Assembly: GCA_046563655.1 (NCBI GenBank)
Contig: CM102284.1
Location: forward strand, 3,286,001-3,350,000
Reading direction: 5' to 3'
Source of the DNA: Yuukianura sp. NJ FZ-2021
Lineage: Eukaryota
Length of the DNA: 64,000 bases
Both the position numbers and the translations under genes were made by a program. Positions 38,801-51,800 of this stretch are shown here, one piece after another; positions within the stretch are counted from its first letter, which is position 1; each line of letters begins with the position of its first letter. A model generated the notes under the pieces. The model made no database searches. It was not told the DNA's origin and saw nothing but the letters and a program-made list of their open reading frames with translations.

Positions 38801-41800
38801 GAACAATCACGCATGATGCGTACTAATACTGTATTTTCTCGTATATAATACGCTCTCGCGTATAATATACATTCCCACAACCCCGTAAAATACACGGCTT
38901 ACACAAATTTTGTATGTTAATTTTTTTTTTGAATCTTTACCTATTACCATAGGTTTTGTGGGAAATACAACCGGATTTTCACTTAATCCTGACAGATATT
39001 ATATTTGTACACAACGACTATCATTCGTTTTTTTAATGATGACTATCATTTGACCCGTATTCACTATATTTGAAACCGGAGTTAAGCAATTCGGTTTCAT
39101 TTTGTTTAAAACATTTTTCTGAATCATCATGGCCAACTATTTTTCTTTCCAATTTTCAAAAAAAAAATCAGTAGCTTTCCAATTCTCCGGAAAAACACAT
39201 ATAATACGCGTATTGTTTGCGAGGAAATACGGTATCAACCCTTTCAAAATTTTCAGATTGTTTTATATTTTCGTCTACAATGTAATATTTCCCTTTGATA
39301 CATTTTATCGCCAACTTTTACATTTTTCTTAATTTTCTTCTGGAACTGATTTGACTTGACTTTGACTATCATGCGTTCTATAAAAAACAACTTTTGATCA
39401 AGGATTTTTGCTCATGGTTCTTGAGCACATCAAATGTAAAGAGTACAAGATTTGTTAAAACAGCAAATGAAAAAAAGTTGATGAAAATAAACAAGTTTGG
39501 ACCACTTTGTGGCCTTAAGAGTCTTTTAAAGTCTTAAGTAGGAGTGGACAAGGGATGAGATGAAAATTGTCCGTTATAGCAGAGATTAAAGTCTAATCGG
39601 AATGGAGGATCACTGTCGTAATCCTGTCCAGAACTGGATCCAATCCATATAAACTTCAACGCATCTGACATCTGTCCTGGGTCTGAGTTCATGTTTTTCA
39701 TTTTAATGCTTCAGCCAAAACGAAATGACAAGGAAATATTCGCGGCAATGATACGACACTTTTTTTGGCGGCAAAGCTCAAGGATCTATACGTACCTCTT
39801 CTTGGCTTGTTAAGTTTGTGTAGCAAATAATGCAATACAAACATTGCACAAAATACATAGAAAAATGTATACAGTATATTTTCCTTTGTTTGCTTTGTTT
39901 TCTCTTTGTCTTAAATTCATCTGTATCACATGCAAAAAGAAAGTTGATTTTTTTAGAAAAAGCAAACATAAAAAATGGAAAGTTTTTCTAAAAGATAATT
40001 TTGGAACGTGTGAAATGCAAGTCCGTTCGATTTTCGTAGTACATTTTTGTCCACTTTTTCGGCTTTCGAAAGCGTTCATGTATAAAATGAAGTGTTATCC
40101 AAAATTCGTGCTTTCGCACTTTGGCGGCAGCATGAACAGAGGGAAAAGAAGTCAACAAAGCGAAAGAAAATTTGAAAAAGTCTGAGGAAAACCGGAACCG
40201 AAAAAAGTAATTGTGTGATACGGGTATTATTACTTGAATCTCCATTTCCTTCCTCTTCCCCTTGCAACACTTTCACGCTTTTTTTAGGTTTACTAACCAC
40301 AACAGCACGCTTTTTCAAAAAGAAAAAAAAAAGATCAAAGGCTGCTCGCTCAATCTTTGTCTTACCGAAGCCGCAACGCACTCCAAACACGCACCGAAAC
40401 TAAGTGTTAAGGCTTTAGATTTTAGGAAAAAGTTGGCGTTTTTTTTACTTTTAGGCTTTTTGTTAGTGGTTTCTGTTGTGGTAATCAGCGATTTGAAAAG
40501 CTTTCTAAAGTTCCATTTGAGTCTGAAATGTATCGAGGTATTTATTCAGAAAAGTATGCTTTTTCAAACCTAATCGAGATTTCTATCCGACAGCTTTAGA
40601 AACCATAAAGCCAAACACGCACGGAAAAACAAACCATTCAATTGACTCGTTTCCTTTTGGAGTGCTTACGAGTAGCAGCGGGTAGAGTACAAATTGTAAT
40701 TAAGCCAAATTTTGAAGTTACTTTGGGTTTCATAGTACCAAAATTATGGTAATAATGTAAATGCAACATTAATGTCCAAAAATGTAATCCCTACAATCAT
40801 GTAATTGTGCATCAAAAAAATCCATACTTCCCTAATGATACACCACACGTGAATAAAATACTGTAAAGAATACGTCGAGAATACATTAACTTTTGTAGTC
40901 GTTGCAAACATTGCTATGAAAACTAAAAGAAAATGGTTGCAGAATGTGTAAAATTTTAATTCTGAATTCTGAAATAGGTACCACTGACTTGGCTAATGCC
41001 CTGAGATGCAAAACATTTTGAACTACAAATTTTGATACTTTTCCTTGTTTGTTTTATACTTAAAGAACAGTAATTTGCCGACAAAAGCGTTTTGCAAAAA
41101 AATGCTTGAATATGAATTTCAATTTTTGAAGTTTAGTTAGAAGTTTATCTGAAAAGTTTACATTTTCCCCATTTTTGAGTAGGAATGTAAACTTGTTTAG
41201 AATTGAATGTTAGCATTTTATCATTTTGCTTTTAGACAAATATGGTAAGTAGTTTTCAAAAACCAGGTTTTTGTGTGTTTTTAATGAATTTTTCCGCCGC
41301 CGTATCATTTCCTCGAGGGAAAAATTTTGTAATATAAAAGGTGCATCATGAGAAGCAAGTCAACATTTTTCCTGTATCTTCTAAGCCATGTGTAAGCCTC
41401 AGGACCAATTTGTCCTTGCCATTTTGAGTTAAACGAACATTCAACTTTGGCCCATCATGGTGAGAAGGTGAGACAGCACAAAAAAAAACACATAGACAAA
41501 CACAAAATGAAAACGAAAACCATTTTGGCACGTTTCTTCCACCGCTAAGCGTTCCCTTGTCATAAATTCAGCGTAATTAAGGTTAATACCACGTCTTCCG
41601 CTTCTCTCCGTTCCCGTTTTAATCAAATCTTGTTTTCTCACTTTCTAACGCTCCTGTTTTTTCAAAAATGGACACAAGAAAGTTGGTTTTTAAAAAACTT
41701 CCTTTTCCTTATTCTTTTTCAAATGAAATCATCAAAAAGACAGAGCGAGGGACGCGTTTTTAAAAAAAAACGCGAAATCGAGGGTAATCACCCCATATTT

Positions 41801-43416
41801 CTCAAAAATTTAGCCATTATTCTTTATTATTGTGACTCGGAGGGTTCCACCCTCCTCGTCCAGATTGTGGGAAAATGAACACCGAAAGCGGTGTTTTTTT
41901 TTTCAAAAAATAAAGTTTCCTTGTTCGTATTTTAAAGCAAAGTAAAAGTAATTTATCCTCCAGCGAAGTAACAATCTCTTCTTTATTGCAGTAATCACAA
42001 TTCACAAATGCTCAATTTTAAAAGTGGAACTGGAACGGAGGAAAATGAGGATTTGGAACACAAAAAAGAGTTAAAACAACACTTGAAACTTGAATTTGAA
42101 TCTATTCACATGAAAATTGACACTTGAAATACAAATACTTGAGGGGAAAAAATCAATTTCCATAAACTTTTTACCATCAGTCAAAGTATCCAATTTACTA
42201 AACAAAGTCTTGTAGAAGAGGCGTTGTTTTTGTTATAAAAAATGTATGAAACCACAACTGTTCTTTTTATTTAAAAAATAGATAAAAAAAAAACATAAAA
42301 TAATCTCTGGAGATTTTCAGCTTTTATGCATCACTGCTGCTGGAAAATGTCATTACGCTTGGGTAGTGTTAATAACAAAAGAACATCAGCAACGTGCGGA
42401 ATCTCTTGTACAACAAGAATTTCATAATTTTAAATTTTGAAACCTCACAAGTACTTTACAGTCGTCGTCGAAAGTTGTTTCCGCCAACTAAAATCTTTCC
42501 AGCAACTCGCTTGTTTCAGACTGTAATTTAAGTTTTGAAAAGCTTCTTATGAATTTTGAACTCTTTCTGAAACGAAGAAGAATTCTTTTCTATTTAAATA
42601 CCATGCACAGCGAAACAAAAATTTGCGAAAGATTCTCAAAACAGCTATAATTTTGTTTTTGATGCTAAAATTCACACGCGGAATTTTAATTTCAGCGCAT
42701 TCAAAATTGGAAACTAAAGTTTCAAAAACGGGGGTAAGCAAGAGACTGAAAAATTTCAAATGCTTCCCAGTTATGGCTTTTTCCGATTGTTTTTCAAAAC
42801 TAAAATCGAAAAATACAAGATTTCCGATAAAAACAAACATTTTGTTTTGAAAATTTGGAGAAATAAGGTTGAAAAAATTCTGAAGAAAGAGTGGATATGC
42901 ATTTCCCGTGTACTATCGATGTGCCAAGTCCTTAACAAGGCTTCGCATGCATAATTAATGTCTGACAAATGGTAGTGTGCCTGCTATATTTCTACCAAAT
43001 CTCTCTTTAACATCTCCGTACAAAACGCTGTATTGAATCTGCTTTTGTTGCTTACTGGAGTATCTACCTCACTTAGAAGAAAAAAATACTGCAAGATCAC
43101 ATTACGCAAACATGAACTGAACAGTCAGAGCACCTTCTACTAACCATTCCACACACGTAAGATCAATTTAACAAAAAAGTCACATCATTCACTGCCACTT
43201 GTTCTCCCCAGAGACTTTTGTACCTCTCAGGACGAGCAGTCACAGAGGTGAACACACTTTCAATTTGAATTTTCAAAAAAAAAAGAAGCGAAATTTCTAA
43301 ATTCAAAAAAGTTGTAACTTACGTAAAGTTGGTAGATCGGGGACAGCAAGGCAACAGGTGAGAAAGGCCGCCGTAACCGCAAGAACCGCAGAGAGCATTG
43401 TACGGTGCAAACGCAT
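29860..43416 (-). CDS. shg: Type-IV classical cadherin (DE-cadherin/shotgun-like): signal peptide, prodomain, cadherin repeats, non-chordate domain, EGF, LamG, TM, catenin-binding tail
   Basis: Cadherin motifs include LDYE, DVNDNFP, DRE and NINDNPPAF. There is one EGF (CEPNPCAHDGIC) and one LamG domain. The tail has DVRENIINYSDEGGGEGD and PYDDVRNYAYEGDG..GSLSSLAS..GPRFNKLADMY. Exon 1 (43416-43323, MRLHRTMLSAVLAVTAAFLTCCLA) splices in phase to an exon at ~37582-37467 carrying an RVHR furin-like site. Confidence 0.9.
37896..38103. mobile_element. Degenerate copy of the modular-TIR foldback/MITE family, in cadherin intron 1
   Basis: Inverted arrays AATTG(G/T)ATCAAC / GTTGA(T/C)(A/G)CAATT resemble those at 9597-10001. 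The right end CAATGAAAGCACGAACCC resembles the family terminus. Confidence 0.6.
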
Positions 43417-45282
43417 ACTTTGGTAAATTGAACAACAGTAATTGACGTTGAAAAGTGTAACGCGGCGGCAAATGGGCGGAGTTATGCGTACAACGGCAGC
43501 TTTGTTTCAACACAAAAGAATTTCAGTTTCTACTTTTCCAGTCTATTGACCTGTCCATGACAATTGGATTGGTGGGAGGAGTAGAAGTGGGACTAGTGGG
43601 TGTACAATGCACCTTGAAACCAACATTCTTAAGTACTGAGCAAACAACTTTACTTCCTCCAAATTGTAAATTTGTAATGAAAATTCTTGAACTAAAAATT
43701 GCAAAGAAGCACTATGACCTTAAGAATACTAGGAAAGTGAGGAATTGAAAACAGGAATTGCGCGAGGTAGACCTTCGCCCCTCGCCGTCTGCCGAAACAC
43801 TGCCTGGAAACCTCATGGAAACAACTCTCTTGTGTGATGTCATGGATTCAGAAATGGATACAAGTCCAGAGACGCAACGCACAGCATTAACTGACTCAGA
43901 GATCAACTTCAAGGACTCACTTTTGAGACAAGAGGGTTGCAAAGTTGCAATTAATACTCAAGAAATCTACTACTAACGATAAGTTTTATGATGATGTAAT
44001 TGTGACCAACAACCCCTAAGAAGATGCAATGCAAGTAGGATGTTATAGTGCGAATTCACGTTTTTTGCAAGTTAATGTTAGTTTTAGTACGAATCTTTTT
44101 TTGTTTAAGTTATCCTTCTTTGCAATTATGAGAGAACAATTCCACCATGATATGAGAAACACTTCGCTCGAAAATTTGCTCTAAAAACTCAATTTCCGCG
44201 TCAATAAAACTTGACCCAAAAAGTACACCTTCGCATTGAAGGTGTTTAGTTTAGAATTTGGTTTTCGCTAATAAATTAGGCTTCGTACTAAAGTTTAAAG
44301 TTCCACATGCATTTTTTTCCTAAAACTAAAAACTCTTCGAATTTGAAAATTATTGATTCATTGATCTCTAATAATAAACTATTTAGTACTTTAGATCTGT
44401 TTCTGTACTACTCAAGCCTAATCTAACCTAACAAAATTCCTAACCTAACATTTCATTATTTTTTTGTTAATATGTATGCCCTTGATCGGAAAACTTTAGT
44501 CAACAAGAACTTTTTTTTTTAATTATAAATCAAAATCAATATGCTTCGCTTGTTCAAAATTTGGAACACAAATATTTGGGCTTTTCCTTCACTTCTACAT
44601 AAGGTATGATTTGCTTCAGAGTCGATTTTTTGACCTTACGAAATTGAAATATTCGGAATCAGAGTTTGAAACAAAATTTTAAAAAAATACAACCGAAAAC
44701 AATAATCTGGCAAATGTATTGTTAGTTTTTTTTTTAGAAACCGTTATTCCGGAATTTGATTAGTTTTTGACCCAATTTATCTATTTAACAAATTGGCCTC
44801 TTCAACCAATTGGTTTTGAACCAATTAATTGCGTGATCTCATCTAAAGCACCCCGACTTTTCAAACATGAAGCATATTACGACTTTCCAAATTTTGAATT
44901 TTCGGAAAAGTCACATCTGCTGTAATTTAATTTCTATGTAATGTTAGAATTGATTCCGATGAAAGTTGTGAAGCTACTGCTGAATTTAATGTTATTGCTT
45001 CAGCTACCTACACAAATAACAAATTGGTAAAATTCCTAAAAAGTAAATCTAGAGCAAAAAAGAGATTCTTATGACAGGTAGGCCATTTAGACGTTTGAGA
45101 ATAAAGATATGTCTCCGCAGTAGCATATTTAAGTTAAAAGGACGAATTTTAACGTTTAACAATTATATAAATAACAATAGAATTGACAAATTTACAAGTG
45201 CAGTATAGGACAATTAGCAGACAATTTGCAAAGAAATTGCGGTAAGAAGTAATACTGCTCAGTTGTTTTCATCAGTGGCGAA

Positions 45283-45854
45283 CTAATCTTCATTTTCTTG
45301 TAGGTAAGCCAATTCCGCTGGCGTTAGGGGTTTTGTCACACAGAAGCTCGTACAAATCCTTTAAAGAATTGAAAAGATTTAATGTAAATTAAAATAATTT
45401 AATTAATTAATTAAATTTAATTAAGTTTACCTTTGGAGTACGTAAATAATAATTGGGCAATAGACAATTAAAGTGAATAGCCAGACCCAGTGCCCTAAAC
45501 TCGATCCGTATCGTTTGAACACAATGAGCCAGAATGGGGTGACGAATCCAATGAATATCATAATATTGAATTTGGTTTGTAAACGATTGATCTTCTTTCC
45601 TATCCGCTCCATGTCCTTGTCAGCATCGCGATCTCTAAAATTGACCCAAAAATATAAATTCTGTTAGTTTTCTTAAATTGTTGCTTAATTCTATAATAAT
45701 TATAGAATGTTATATTATATTATATTTGCCTATTTTAATAAATATGCAAGTATTACGCTTCACTTGGTGGGGGTAGTTCCATTTCCAGTACAACTGGAGA
45801 AGGAGCATTGTCTCCACTGTTGATGTCTTTGACAGTGTCTGTGGAATTGGACAT
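45283..45854 (-). CDS. Uncharacterised 125-aa protein with two predicted TM helices; exons 45854-45757, 45634-45431, 45358-45283
   Basis: Three exons join in phase through GT-AG introns: MSNSTDTVKD..DMERIGKKINRLQTKFNIMIFIGFVTPFWLIVFKRYGSSLGHWVWLFTLIVYCPIIIYVLQRICTSFCVTKPLTPAELAYLQENED*. Confidence 0.65.
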
Positions 45855-48800
45855 GTCGGACAGACTGACAATCGGATTACTTGAATATAGTTCGTGTTGT
45901 GAGTAAGTTACATAGTGACGACCCTGGTTACCCTTTAAGCACTGTTTCACTCTCGCTTCGTGTTAAGCCTGGTTACTCTCCTAACCAAAACTATTAAGCT
46001 AAATGATCTAAACTCTTTTTAAATGTGCGTTTCAAACCTTACATCCTGTCACAACTTTCACTTTTTGATGCAGCAGGAGACTAACAGCATAAAATCCATT
46101 CCACAAATTTATCAATTCCAGGAATTTGGCAATAACACAAAAGTACAAACTGTGAGCAAAATGCACTTTAATGGAATTTCAATTTCCATTACACTTTCCC
46201 CCTTGACCTTTAGCTTTAGTTCATTTTTCGAAAAAATGTATATAGCATTTTGTAAAGAACAAAGACCGTGGTTGAACCTGGATGTAATTTGGATTTAATT
46301 TAATTTTTTACAGTGTTTTGTACAAATCCTTTTGTAGATTTTGTATTTTTGGACCGTGGGAATTGCACTGTTTTGTTGCTACTCTAAAGAGCAACCTTTT
46401 GCATGACCCAGGAAGCGATGACTATAGAACCCTCTTCCGGTTATGATCGTGCTACAGGCCGAATCTGATGATGATACAAGGAAAAAATATAATACGGACA
46501 ACGCAACTCCACCACTTCGTGGAAAAAATTTCGATGAATTTAAAATCTTTCCAAATTTAGTATGAGGTCATTAAAACAAGTTATAGGCGGCCTTTACTTT
46601 TTTTTTGAAAACGCCGATTCATTCAAGGATATTGAATTTTAATTTCTCGAAATTCGATGAAAGTTTGAACTTACAATTAGAAAGTCTGAATTTTGTCGTA
46701 TGTGGTAAAAAGGTCTGGTACGAACATTTTCGAGTGAAAGTCGATAGATGGAGGTTCATTTCGTGAGGAAACACTGCAACTTGAATGAATTTTTAGAAAG
46801 TTCAAACTTTCGAAAGACTATTTAAAAGTCTTTCACTGCATTTTTACGTTATATCTTGTCAAGCTATAAGTTAGTAAATAGGAGAAATTCAACTTTAAGA
46901 AGTGGGTTTAAGAAGTTAAGGTTCATATCAAAATTCCGATTGGATTGTAAGGAAATTCTAAGTCTTCCTCATGGTCAGTGGGTTGTAATCTGATTTGTTC
47001 AGTTTCCGTTCTTTCCATGTTGCCCATCCGAGGAGAATGTTAATTCGGTTGGCAATTGGTTGATGAAATGCTCTACCATCAACCCAAGCATCTCTCAAAT
47101 CCACCTCAAATGTCAATGACGCGTTTCACAGTGTTGGATCACGTCAAATAGTGTCGTTCATAATCAAGCTATTCGATTCCACCGAGAACAAATTTGATTC
47201 CAGCCACTCTCATGAGATCTCTGTCACCCTGGGATTCTCTGCGGTGCAGTTTCTGCTCGGCACAAACTGAACGATATCCGGTAGTTCGATCAATTCGGCA
47301 ACAACCGAAAACATTCGCAGCACGTGAGGACTTTTGCCATTGTTTCGGGATTGCTGACATTCAATGATTGAATCCTTAAGTATAGTGGAGTATGAAAAGT
47401 AGCCTGCGTTGGCAAAGGCTCCTAGGTTTTGAATACTTCCTTTACAGATTGAGTGAGATTATGTACCGTATTTAAAAGTGTAAAAATTGTATGTAGAGGC
47501 TATATTTTAACCTTCCTTTTATTTTATAATTTCTTGAACAACACAATAAAAATAAAATTGATTTTGCGCAAAAAGAAAAGTTATTCATGCCAATTGGATT
47601 TCAGAATAACCATTAGAGTTAACTATTTCTGAGAATTCTTTTTCTAGAACACATAATCTTCGCTTTCATTCGTATTCCTTTATGTTACGCTAAAACTACT
47701 ACTAGTTCAGCATCTGTACCAAAGTCAACTCAATGTCAAAATAGGAGAAAAAAGAAGTAAAAGGGAAAAGAAGTGGAAAATAAAACATGCAAACTGTTAA
47801 TTGAGTTCTGTGTTCCTGACGCACGGATTTCCTGCTCGCCTTTTTCCTTCCTTCATGTGAAAGTGCACAGAGAAAGTTGATTTTGGGGCAGTTCCACGCG
47901 CCAGAAAGCATGCACTCTCTGCCTGTCGTGATTTTTAAAGTTACGACTTTCAATAATTATGTCATGAAAAAAATAGAACTTTTACTTCGAATTCGACCAA
48001 ACGGAACAAAATTTAGTGCCCGCTGAACTTTAATCGTCCTCCAATTAAAATTCAATCAAAAACTTCGATTGACCTATGGGTTATTTTCAAAGGAAAATTC
48101 GTTTTCCAAAATTCCTTTTCATTACTTTATGTAATTTCTCATCGTTTTTCGTTGTGACTCTGCTTGGCCCACGAAGTATTATTATTCCTTAACAGTCAAA
48201 TGTAGTTCGTATGTTGTACAATATTTAATCTATTTCGGGCTTTTAGCGAAAGAATTCACACCGAAATGCGAACTGTTTTTAATGTGTAGGCCAAGTAATT
48301 CCTGTGTTTTAATTGATGCTGTTTGCAAAAAGCAGCATTGCGAGCCATGTTTGCGTCAAAGTTAAACTTCGCAAAGCTTAGTTTATGCCCCGCCAACGTC
48401 AATATTTGGATTGTCGTTTCATGATTAACGCCAACTTTCACTTTTGGATTTGCCATTTCCTACAACTCAGCAAGCTGTGTTATGCTTTCGCATATTTAAT
48501 GAGCATACCAATACAAGTTAATCACCTACTGCTTCTCTACTTTAAAGGAAATTATAGACCTCTAATTAATTGGAAATACAACAACTTGATGCTACCCTGT
48601 TGACGGGTATGAGAGTCCAGAAAATAATATGCTTTCTCCATATGCAAACATGTTTTTTCCCCATGCGCACAAAATTTTCTCTTTTTTCGCCTTTCTCCAA
48701 GCTCCACAGCAAGTTTATATGGCGTAAATTTCGTGGCCGGTTCCCTTACTTGGATCAAATCCTTCGACGGGAGTGAAAGCACTTCCTTCCACGGCTTATT

Positions 48801-51800
48801 CGCACGTGGTCCAGCATCACAGCCCTACAACATCCAAATCTTTTTAATTCTACAAAGACTGTTTCTTCTTGTGAGGTCAAAGGTCACTGTTCCATGTTCC
48901 TCTAAATTACTAAAGTTAAGGTAAGGAAATTTTAGTCGCTAGAATCTTAATTTTACAATTTAAATGTAAATCTGCACATACAGTAGCATCAGTGGAGCTT
49001 CAGTTGCAAAAGAAATCCATTACTAAACCTTTCAGCACAAGAGAGATCTTCGTAATTTATGACTTGGATTCTTACCTTCTATGTGCAAGCAAATCCTTAG
49101 TTTTTTTGGTACTAAGGTGTTCATCTTGGAGCTAAAAACGTTGTTTTGGCAGAGGGTCAGAATGATAACAGGAGCACTTTGGCTGATTTAGGTTATGTTG
49201 GGTTAGTCTAACCTTACCTAACATAATTTTGGCCAACTAAAACTTGCTCATAGGAGTAGCATGCTTGATATTTGCGAGAAAAAGCATTAACAATATAATG
49301 AAAAGAAGTTTTAGTAACAGGTCAAAGGTCAAATGCCAACAAGTGAAAATAAAGAAAGTGGAGCATGCGTAATGACAACTTGAAAAAAAAAGGCGGGTTG
49401 TTTGAAAAATAGGAAATCGGTTGACATCCATTGATTGTGAAACGAAAAAGGACGTTCCGTTTTTTCTTTTTGTTTGTTTCCGTCTGTTTCTTTGCTATTT
49501 TCCATTTCGAAGTCCCATTATTACACCTGTATTTCCATCAAAGTTGCATGAGCACTTTCTCCATCCTTCCACTTCCAACTCAAAACATAACTCCGCTTTC
49601 AGCGCTCCACTTTCTCTTTTCGTCATATTCTTTACTCAAGCTCCCTACTTATGACAGTGCAACATGTTGACAGACACACAGTTTCAGAGAACCGCTAAAA
49701 CTTAAACATGACTGTCACGGTGGGACATTGGCCAAATACACAGTTTCCCCAAAGACTATGTCACCCACAAATGCAAACTCTGCAGTGACACACCCCGTAT
49801 TCCAATCGACCAAGTTCATTTGGATGGTGGGGAGTCATGGAAGAGAAGGCAAGGTTGATAAACAAATAAATACTTTCTCTTTAACAGGTTAGGCAATAAC
49901 TCCAGTTTTGAATTTTTTAGCAAAATTTTCGAAAATGAATTCACCCAAGTTCATTCTTGCTAATTTCAATTCGAAGAAAGTACAGAAGCAGAAAATAAAA
50001 ATTGTTATGAAAATTCAAACAAATCTGTCAATTGAAACTGGTTTTTTTAACTCGATCCTAAGCAAATTGGTTTCATATTTTGTTTCTTTGGGGACTTTTT
50101 TCAAAAATCGACTTATTGCCTATCCTGTTGAAGAAAAACACCTTAAAGAGAGGGTTGTACAATTTACGTAATCAAAAAATGCTGGAGGGGGGAGGAGGTT
50201 GCAGACGAACTGCACATTAACGTCTGGCGACACGCTACAGCCTTTTTGCGGTAAATTGTTATTTGTGCCAATTTGGTAAACGCGTAGAGTCAATTTCTTA
50301 AGATAAGTTGATTAGAAACTTGTTTCATCAAAATAGCACTCCTTTTCTTCTTATTTTTTTAAATTCGTTTTCCATGGAATGGCGAAATCAAATTTTTTGG
50401 AAAACTAAGTAGCGGTAACCTGAAACTCCTTTTTTTTTGTTTGAAATGATTGACTTTGATAATAAGAAAAAACGTTCATCATTATCCTTTGTTCTCTAAG
50501 TTCTCGTAACATTATTATAGTCGGGGGCGAGAGATTGAAGTTGAAACTCGTTTCGAAATTCACTAAAACCTAAAAATATTTTTAAAACTTTCTCATTTCA
50601 CTTTTGATCTTTTCAGACACATCTTCAAAACTATCATTTTTTTTCAAAATGAAGGAAAAGAGAAAAGAGGATAGTTAGATCCGTCTTTCATTTCAATTGA
50701 AATTGAATGTCATTAGCCATTTGTCGAGCTCAGCTTTCACTTTTCTTTTCTCTGAATCTTCTTCTGCTGAGCTTCTTTTCCAAAAAAGCACAAGCTTCGA
50801 AGTTCGAAAAAAAGAAAGAAAAATCTTGTCTGTCTACTACGTTACCTTTTGCTTTTTCGAAAAAGAAAGTTTTCAAGAGATTTGGAAGGATTGAAAAGTG
50901 AAAGTTTTCGGAGTGAGTCTCATAATGATACTTTCCTGTGCTCTGCTACTGTTCAGATGGAAAGACTATTAGCTTTTGTGATTCATATATTTTCATGTTC
51001 ATTTCCTAGGACATGAACTACCAGCTCTGACTTTTACTCTGAGCCCCTTCCAGAACCGTAAACATAATAAACTTGCGCTTTTTTCTTTCTAGAACACACG
51101 ATTTGCTCAAATTACAACGCGCAAACGCTCTTCTGTTCCATCCAATTGAAATGGCTTCTGCTCTAAAACTCCCTAATTTGAAACTTCCCGAAATTGATCA
51201 TTAGGAAACTGCTGAAGGAGTTTAAGGGAAATGATGAAAAAAGTGAAAGTTTTTTGAAATTTTGGCGGAATTTGTTTGAAATGAGGTTTGACATGGCATG
51301 AGGCTCTTTGAACCCTGGAAGTCCTTACTAGAGGTTCCCTTGGGACATGCTGGGTGAGCCTTTGGTGTTGATGGAGTCTCGTAATGCTTGGAGTGGAGTG
51401 GGTCCTAGTTGAACTCATTTCATAACTTAGGTTAGGTTGGGCTGCCGCCATACTTAAGTCTCCTGAGTGTGTGTGTAATGATGACGGGAGGAAATGATGA
51501 CTTTTACTATGATCAACACAGTGGAAGCGATGGGCAGAAGAGCTCATCTTCATCACTTTATTTTGAGCTTTCAGTTCGCTCAGGGGAAAAGTGGGTGAGT
51601 TCAGAGCTGGGCATGTTTTTGAACTCAGTAGACACTAGACAGAGTTGAGCTTTCTCTCGTCAAAGACTTTTCAAGAGGAAAAAGAGCTTGTGAGGATGGA
51701 GCTTTCTCTAATCCCATCATGATCTGCTCCTCTAATTGCATTATGACTCCCGAGATTCAAAATTCCGCGTGCCTAGCACTCCTGCTTAGCCATTTTAAGT

